Below are positions 58,001 through 64,000 of a DNA stretch of 64,000 nucleotides, in pieces; position 1 is the stretch's first letter, and every line of letters begins with the position of its first letter. Location: the NCBI GenBank assembly GCA_002269645.1, contig NIVC01000099.1:744001-808000 (forward strand), given 5' to 3'. Source of the stretch: Macrostomum lignano (Eukaryota). Both the position numbers and the translations under genes were made by a program. Under the pieces are notes generated by a model. The model saw nothing but the letters and a program-made list of their open reading frames with translations, made no database searches and had not been told where the DNA came from.

Positions 58001-61000
58001 CGCAGCTGGCCCTCACCTTTGACGACCGGATCACGCCTGGCATTCAGCTCACCTGGGACCCAACCTTCTCAGGCCAGACCGCTATGAACGTCTCGTGAGT
58101 AGCCATTTGAGAATTCCTAGATGGTTTCAGCCCGAATCGACTCAGCATCCAGCTCCGCCACTTTTCCCCTCAGGCGGAGCAGCTCCAAGCTGCAGCTGGC
58201 TGTGGAGACCTACTACATCCTGCTCAAGTCCAAGGCCCTGGCCGGCAATGTCACCGCAACCATGGTTGAAGCCATCTTCAGCGCCAATGTCAACAAGGTG
58301 CTCAGCTATTTCGGCACCGGCTCCATCCTGCGCTCCGCCATCAATAGTGAGTTGCTCGACTGAACTTTCCGCTATAGAGCGACCGTCGCAAACAATCCTC
58401 AAAATCAAATTTATTTTTTTCCTATTTCCTAATTGCCATTCACGGTCGGTAACTCTTCGGTAATAAATTATGGACTAGTCGGTCATGGACTATGACGTCA
58501 TAGAATTTTCAAGACTATTCCGTCAGACTAATAAGCCATCGAATATTCTGTCATAGACTAATAGGTCTTAGACTATTTCATCATAGGACAACTGGGTCAT
58601 AGACTAATAGGTCATAGACTATTCCGTCATAGACAAAAAGCGTCATAGACTATTCCGTCATAGACAAAAAGGGTCATAGACTATTCCATCATAGACAAAA
58701 AGGGTCATAGACTATTCCGTCATAGACAAAAAGGGTCATAGACTATTCCGTCATACAAAAAGGGTCATAGACTATTCCGTCATATACAAAAAGGGTCATA
58801 GACTATTCCGTCATAGACTAATAGGTAGCTACCTATACTATCCTTAGACTAGTAGACAAGTTCCTTACATACTTTCATAATGTGTCCCATCCTAAACTAT
58901 CTCCCCCCAGTCTGGAATCCTGACTGCTCCAAGTTGGGCGCTTCGAACCCCGGAGCCGAGATCGACAACCCCATCGGCCCGGCGCTGCCTTCGCCGTCCA
59001 CAACGCCGCCGCGCGGCGACTACCTGGGCAAAACTGGCGTAGTTGGTCTGCGGCTCTTTGTATCCACGTATAAGAACTTTGAGATCGCCTCGCTCACTAT
59101 GGAGGCCAGCTACGCCCGGTTCACCTTCAGCAAATGGCTTCGGCAGGTGTTTGAAGCACTGCGCGATTATCGACTGCTCAACCCTGTTCACAGCAACCTG
59201 CTCACCGAAATTGAGTGAGTTCCCTTCTTTGGGGTCAGACTCTGAGCACCCATCCTAAGCACCCATCCTGAGCACCCAGCCTGAGTACCAATCCTGAGTA
59301 CCCATCATGAGCACCCATCCTAAGCACCCATCCTGAGCACCCATCCTGAGCACAAATCCTGAGTACAAATCCTAAGCACCCATCCTGAGCACCCATCCTA
59401 AGCACCCATCCTAAGCACCCATCCTGAGCACCCATCCTAAGTACCCATCCTGAGCACCCATCCTGAGCACCCATCCTGAGCACCCATCCTAAGTACCCAT
59501 CCTGAGCACCCATCCTGAGCACCCATCCTAAGCACCCATCCTAAGCACCCATCCTAAGTACCCATCCTGAGTACCCATCCTGAGCACCCATCCTAAGTAC
59601 CCATCCTGAGCACCCATCCTGAGCACCCATCCTAAGCACCCATCCTAAGCACCCATCCTAAGTACCCATCCTGAGTACCCATCCTAAACACCAATAATGA
59701 GCACCCATCATGAGCACCCATCCTAAGCACCCATCCTGAGCACCCATCATGAGCACCCATCATGAGCACCCATCATGAGCACATATTATGAGCAGCCAAG
59801 CTGAGCATATCGTCTATTATTCCTATTTCGACCGCCCAGCAACAATGACCCGACGGTAACCCGCCTGATCTTCGACAACCTCCGTGTGGACCTCGGACTG
59901 CGACCAACCTCGCCGCAGGCGCTCGCCAACGCCATTGCCGACCTGGCGGTCAGCAGCGCCAGCCGCCACTTTGTGGTATCGTCCAGCATCTTCAGCAACC
60001 TGCGCGTGTCCGCGGAGCTCATTCCGACGTCCTCTGCAGCAGCCGCCGGGAGAAGCAGCCGCCGCAGGCGAAGCGCTGACAAGGCGTCGCCACCTGGTAG
60101 CACCTGCGGCTTCAGCCACCAAGTCCGGCTGACGCTGGTGCTGCGGCCACGCTACCACCAGTGGTTCTCGCACCAGGACCGGATCAAGCCGGTGCTCAGC
60201 TACCTGATCACTCGGTCGCTGCTCGAGGCCGTCAATTCGGCTGGACTCAATGTCAGCTTGAACGAGTCCCAAGTGAGCACCGAGAGCTGTATTATGAATG
60301 CCGAACTGCGGCGCCCCACAGAATGCGCCCTCCTCAATGTGGCGCCCCACAGTATGCGCCCTCCCTAATGTGGCGCCCGCAGAATGCGCCCTCCCCAATG
60401 TGGCGCTCGCAGAATGCGCCCTCCTATGTCCTCCACAGAATGCCCCCCCCAATGTAACGCTCACAGAATGCCCCCCCCCATGTAAAGCCCACAGAAAGCG
60501 CCTTCCACCAATTTGGCGCCCGACAGAATGCGCCCTCCTATGTTTCGCGCCCTTTTGCATTGCTGCCAAAAAAAGAAATATTAATGAGAGCAGCTGCTAG
60601 TTGCCATCTTACTATTCACCAACCTTAATGAGTCTACCATCTGTTTAAACCGAGAGTCCTGCAACACTGAGCCGCTCCCGCCCACCCAGATCGAACTCGC
60701 CTACATCAGCGTCACCACCCACGCTGTGGAGTTCCTGGCCGACCTCGCCCTGCTGCCGTGTCCGTCGACCGCTGCTCCAGCCGCCGCTTCCATGGCCGAC
60801 GACGCGGCGCTGCAGCAGCGGTTCTACTCCAGCTGGCTGCGCAACTCGGTGGCTGGCCGCCTGCTGCAACAGCGATTGGCAGGCCTCCACTGGCAGCGGC
60901 TCGGGCTCGGTGGCGGCTGGCAGCTGCGCATGTACAAATCTCTGCTGCTGGATCACTGGCCCTGGAGTGACAGCATCACCGACAGGTAACTGATGGGGCA

Positions 61001-62904
61001 GAGCAAGAAAAGCTCTGTGGTAAACGCGTCTGGCTGTCACCCGTGAGGGCCAATCCCTAAAGCACAGAGTGTACAGCTCTCTCTTAAGAGAGACGCCTTG
61101 AATTTCAGTTTTTGTCAGTTGTCAATGAAACACCAAAACACTGTTGCTTTGTAAAGCGCAATAGTAACTATTTAAGTTCCATAAAATACTCCAATTATTG
61201 TTTTAAAATCCTCTTAAATACCGCAGAGATTCGTCAACCAATTTCCCAAAGAATCGCCCACCATTTCTCCGGAGAATCGCCCACCAATTCATCAGAATCG
61301 CCCATCAAGTCTCAGAGAATCGGTTATCATGTCTCAGAGAATCGGTTATCATGTCTCAGAGAATCGGCCATCATGTCCCAGAGAATCGGCCATCATGTCC
61401 CAGAGAATCGCCCATCATGTCCCAGAGAATCGCCCATCATGTCCCAGAGAATCGGCCATCATGTCCCAGAGAATCGCCCATCATGTCCCAGAGAATCGCC
61501 CATAATGTCCCAGAGAATCGGCCATCATGTCCCAGAGAATCAGCCATCATGTCCCAGAGAATCGGCCATCATGTCCCAGAGAATCGCCCATCATGTCCCA
61601 GAGAATCGGCCATCATGTCCCAGAGAATCGGCCATCATGTCCCAGAGAATCGCCCATCATGTCCCAGAGAATCGCCCATAATGTCCCAGAGAATCGGCCA
61701 TCATGTCCCAGAGAATCAGCCATCATGTTCCAGAGAATCGGCCATCATGTCCCAGAGAATCGCCCATCATGTCCCAGAGAATCGCCCATCATGTCTCAGA
61801 GAATGGCCCACCAATTCCCTAGAGAATCGGCCATCATGTCCCAGAGAATCGCCCACCAATTCATCAGAATCGCCCATCAAGTCGCAGAGAATCGGCCATC
61901 ATGTCCCAGAGAATCGACCATCAAGTCGCAGAGAATCGACCATCATGTCCCAGAGAATCGGCCATCATGTCTCAGAGAATGGCCCACCAATTCCCCAGAG
62001 AATCGGCCATCATGTCCCAGAGAATCGCCCATCATGTCTCAGAGAATGGCCCACCAATTCCCCAGAGAATCGGCCATCATGTCCCAGAGAATCGCCCATC
62101 ATGTCTCAGAGAATGGCCCACCAATTCCCCAGAGAATCGGCCATCATGTCTCAGAGAGTTGTCCACCGGAAACCCAACCAATCTGCAGACGCTCGCTGCA
62201 CCGCCTGCGCCTGACCGCCAAGCTGCTGGGCATCCTGCAGCTGGTGTACAACAATCCCAACCGTCTGCGGCTGCTCGGCTTCGACTTCGACGTGCAGCGC
62301 ACTGAGGCTGGCGTCCGCGTGTTCATGTTCGAGGACCTGCTGCTGCACGGCGACGGCGCGGCGACCTCGCCGAAAACCGTCGAATCCATCGTGCTGGGAG
62401 AGAACCTGCGCAGGGAGGCCGAGATTCGCAGCTCCAATCCGCTGCTGATGACGCCCTTCAACATGACTGAGCTGTATATAAAGGGTGAGGCCACTGCCTA
62501 GGGTGACTGTCCTGTGCTTGCCACTCCCGCAACGCATTCACTCTGTCGTCCCTTCCTCTGTGCATCTCGGTCACTCTGGCTAGCTGTCACTCCTCTCTGT
62601 CTGTGTCACTCCCCCAGTCAATTCCCGTTTTCCCGTTGAAAACGCTAATGGGGCAACAATCGCTAAAGAGCCACTGCAAAAACCTCACCAGTGACTCTAG
62701 CGACTATCTGGGGCGACTCTTGCGACTTTTTAACGACTCAAATGACTTTATTGCGATGTGGAGGCGACTGTTGAGTCACGCGATTCTGATACGTCGCCTC
62801 AGAGTCGTTTCAGATTGCCAGACACAAAACGCCTCAAATTGACACTTGACACTCGGGAAACTCTTTGACGCTTTCTCGACGACTAGTACAGCGACATCTC
62901 TCTC

Positions 62905-62959
<55 letters not shown>

Positions 62960-63013
62960 ATCTCTCTCTCATCTCTCTCTCTCTCTTTCTCTCATCTCTC
63001 TCTCATCTCTCTC

Positions 63014-63091
<78 letters not shown>

Positions 63092-63781
63092 TCTCTCTCT
63101 ACCCTCTTCACGAGTTCGATTTCTATCACTCTTCTTAACTCCTCTGCTCCTCTTTGCATATTAAAAACTTTGTTTTTCCTCGTTCCTCATCTCCAATCTA
63201 CTTGTCACTCCAAATCCGTCACCCGGTCAGTGCTGCACATCGAGGCCATCCAAGCATCGGCGATCAGCCAGCAGCAGCCGCTGCAGCAGCAGAAGACGCT
63301 GCTGATCAGCCTGAAGCCGGCCGCCGCCCTGCCCGACCGCGGCAACGACAGCGCAGTGGCCTGGCTGGGTCTGGCCGAGGCCGCCCTGCGCAGCATCCGC
63401 GTTTTCGGCACTCCTGAGCAGCTCCGCCTGCGCTTGTTCGAGGACTCGCTCGCCACCTCGGCGTCCCAGCGCCGGCCGGACCGCAGCGTCACCATTCTGG
63501 CCGACTCGCTATGCAACGACACCTCGCAGGCCGCCTACGGAGCCGCCGCGGCCAAAGCCTTCAGCAGACTCGGCACCGGCATCGTCACCGAGTTTCTCTT
63601 CTGCGACATCGCGCTGCACTTCGACTCGGCCGCAGCGCGCCAGATGGCTCAGGGCGCCCTGCCCACCGGCGCCGTCTTCCGCGTCAACCACACCGCCATT
63701 GACGAGCGCGACGAGGCCATGAGCACCGAGCAGCAGAGGCGGGTGCCCAGAGACCGTCTCACCGAGTTCTGGACTAACATG
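28096..63781 (+). CDS. Giant predicted secreted glycoprotein of unknown family (at least 34 exons, at least 3,176 aa, 3'-incomplete)
   Basis: Exons: 28096-28135, 28601-28668, 28766-28929, 33756-33880, 34093-34154, 34231-36031, 36363-36725, 36802-36977, 40342-40594, 42965-43202, 43975-44156, 45535-45763, 46143-46535, 47108-47542, 48861-49301, 50607-50910, 51160-51516, 51972-52236, 52815-52933, 53005-53081, 53185-53387, 54212-54670, 54824-54951, 55913-56004, 56072-56223, 56310-56381, 56773-56960, 58006-58094, 58174-58346, 58911-59214, 59840-60272, 60690-60985, 62189-62484, 63231-63781. All introns are GT-AG and every phase chains into one 9,528-nt stop-free frame. N-terminus is MGAQRCCLWLLLAAAIVP (signal-peptide-like), followed by RVRR and RAKR sites and at least 22 N-x-S/T sequons. 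Confidence 0.85.
29045..33285. repeat. 20-bp satellite array (~210 copies) in intron 3 of the giant gene
   Basis: GCACCCATTCTAT(T/C)AAA(C/G)TG. The centre is homogeneous and the ends degenerate (CAGTC, 21-bp variants). Confidence 0.97.
34425..35345 (+). repeat. Coding 45/48-bp repeat (GGREGSAGSSLDGPTG)n, ~19 copies, in exon 6
   Basis: Length variants differ by one GGA codon, so the frame is kept. Confidence 0.9.
35350..35815 (+). repeat. Coding 21-bp repeat (PVDQPAG)n, ~22 copies, in exon 6
   Basis: CACCTGTCGATCAACC(A/G)GCCGGTC. The variants are synonymous in the gene frame. Confidence 0.9.
37022..40228. repeat. G-rich ~21/22-bp minisatellite (3.2 kb) in intron 8, with ~560-bp higher-order repeat
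   Basis: Core GGGGAGATTCCCAGGTG plus variable linker. The GGGTCATGGCAGATATTTTCAT marker is at ~37506, 38119, 38679 and 39241. It accounts for about 45 spurious ORFs in the track. Confidence 0.96.
40676..41232. repeat. 41-bp minisatellite in intron 9 (~13 copies)
   Basis: AGGTAGGAACTGCCCATCTGCAGGTATTTTCTAATTCTAAC. Confidence 0.95.
41725..42712. repeat. Mixed 17/12-bp minisatellite in intron 9
   Basis: GTCACCTGGGTCAACCA and GTCACCTGACCA. Confidence 0.93.
43322..43785. repeat. 14-bp polypyrimidine repeat in intron 10
   Basis: (CCTCTTCCCTCCCG)n. Confidence 0.93.
44855..45488. repeat. 20-bp minisatellite in intron 11 (~31 copies)
   Basis: CACTCTAGATACC(C/T)TTGCAC, nearly perfect. Confidence 0.97.
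46770..47075. repeat. 23-bp minisatellite in intron 13
   Basis: CTGTAAAATGTGCTCATCTGTCC. Confidence 0.93.
47575..48492. repeat. 21-bp minisatellite in intron 14 (~43 copies)
   Basis: AGAAACCCAATCACCGG(A/C)ATG. It starts ~33 bp after the donor GT at 47543. Confidence 0.95.
48596..48783. repeat. 23-bp minisatellite in intron 14
   Basis: TACAAATCACCTGGTCACAAATT, about 8 copies. Confidence 0.9.
49982..50560. repeat. 20-bp minisatellite in intron 15 (~27 copies)
   Basis: GTAGCAGTC(A/C)GGTAGATCAA. Confidence 0.95.
52465..52715. repeat. Degenerate GTAGACAGGTAGATATA repeat in intron 18
   Basis: Recurrent GTAGACAGGTAG. Confidence 0.75.
53645..54040. repeat. 38-bp minisatellite in intron 21 (~10 copies)
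   Basis: CCACAGCCCGTCCCTCGCCAATGTACA(A/T/C)ACCCCGAATT. Confidence 0.93.
56403..56602. repeat. ~20-bp repeat in intron 26
   Basis: CTGTGATCTAGTCTATTATG. Confidence 0.88.
57095..57635. repeat. 35-bp minisatellite in intron 27 (~15 copies)
   Basis: GTCGCTATCGATAGTCTCACCTGGGGCGCTAAAAT, containing the CTATCGATAG palindrome. Confidence 0.93.
58480..58830. repeat. ~31-bp repeat in intron 29
   Basis: GTCATAGACTATTCCGTCATAGACAAAAAGG. Confidence 0.85.
59243..59782. repeat. 13-bp minisatellite in intron 30
   Basis: CACCCATCCT(G/A)AG. Confidence 0.93.
60305..60545. repeat. ~30-bp degenerate repeat in intron 31
   Basis: GGCGCCCGCAGAATGCGCCCTCCCCAATGT. Confidence 0.8.
61240..62155. repeat. 22-bp minisatellite in intron 32
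   Basis: CCCAGAGAATCG(C/G)CCATCATGT. Confidence 0.93.
62896..63100. repeat. (CT)n microsatellite in intron 33
   Basis: Interrupted (CT)n run of about 200 bp. Confidence 0.95.
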
Positions 63782-63799
63782 GTGGGTTCCCTCCTCGTT

Positions 63800-64000
63800 C
63801 CACCCTCTCCCCACTCCGCCCTCTCCCCACTCCGCCCTCTCCCCACTCCACCCTCTCCCCACTCCACCCTCTCCCCACTCCACCCTCTCCCCACTCCACC
63901 CTCTCCCCACTCCGCCCTCTCCCCACTCCACCCTCTCCCCACTCCACCCTCTCCCCACTCCGCCCTCTCTCCACTCCACCCTCTCCCCACTCCACCCTCT
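63800..64000. repeat. 16-bp repeat in intron 34 (runs off window)
   Basis: CCCTCTCCCCACTCC(A/G). Confidence 0.93.

Noticed and set aside
28096-63781. Identification of the giant gene as a known flatworm adhesive protein or mucin
   Set aside because: No vWD, TIL, TSP1, EGF or C-type lectin cysteine patterns were seen in the 3,176 aa available, so no gene symbol was assigned.
15372-64000. C-rich strand bias of arrays on the + strand
   Set aside because: About 15 arrays are C-rich and about 7 G-rich, too weak to claim from one window.

Overview
Eukaryotic (animal) genomic DNA. Exons are GC- and CpG-rich with GT-AG introns, and the long introns are packed with minisatellites. The style is reminiscent of the flatworm Macrostomum, but that is an inference and cannot be verified here. 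Four protein-coding genes can be built by hand with consistent splice phases. (1) RNF121-like ER-membrane RING-H2 E3 ligase (+, 5 exons, 8818-15219, 326 aa). (2) UBE2K/E2-25K-like E2 with a C-terminal UBA (+, 2 exons, 18617-19481, 205 aa). (3) A single-exon, divergent class A-like 7TM receptor (-, 25049-26206). (4) A giant gene I do not recognise (+, starts 28096, at least 34 exons, at least 3,176 aa, runs off the window end). It encodes a predicted secreted glycoprotein with a signal peptide, furin sites, Gly/Ser and Pro repeats and a long run of SEA-like modules. The first 9 kb hold a MITE, a foldback element with a 6-bp TSD, and a CpG-depleted, CTAG-enriched island. That island contains a Penelope-like GIY-YIG remnant with a hammerhead-like motif and a non-LTR retrotransposon APE remnant mutated almost only by C>T/G>A (RIP-like). 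About 35 tandem arrays occur, and 9 unrelated non-coding arrays share a CAGGT(A/G) core. There are no rRNA, tRNA or CRISPR features. Most long ORFs in the supplied track are read-through of repeats.
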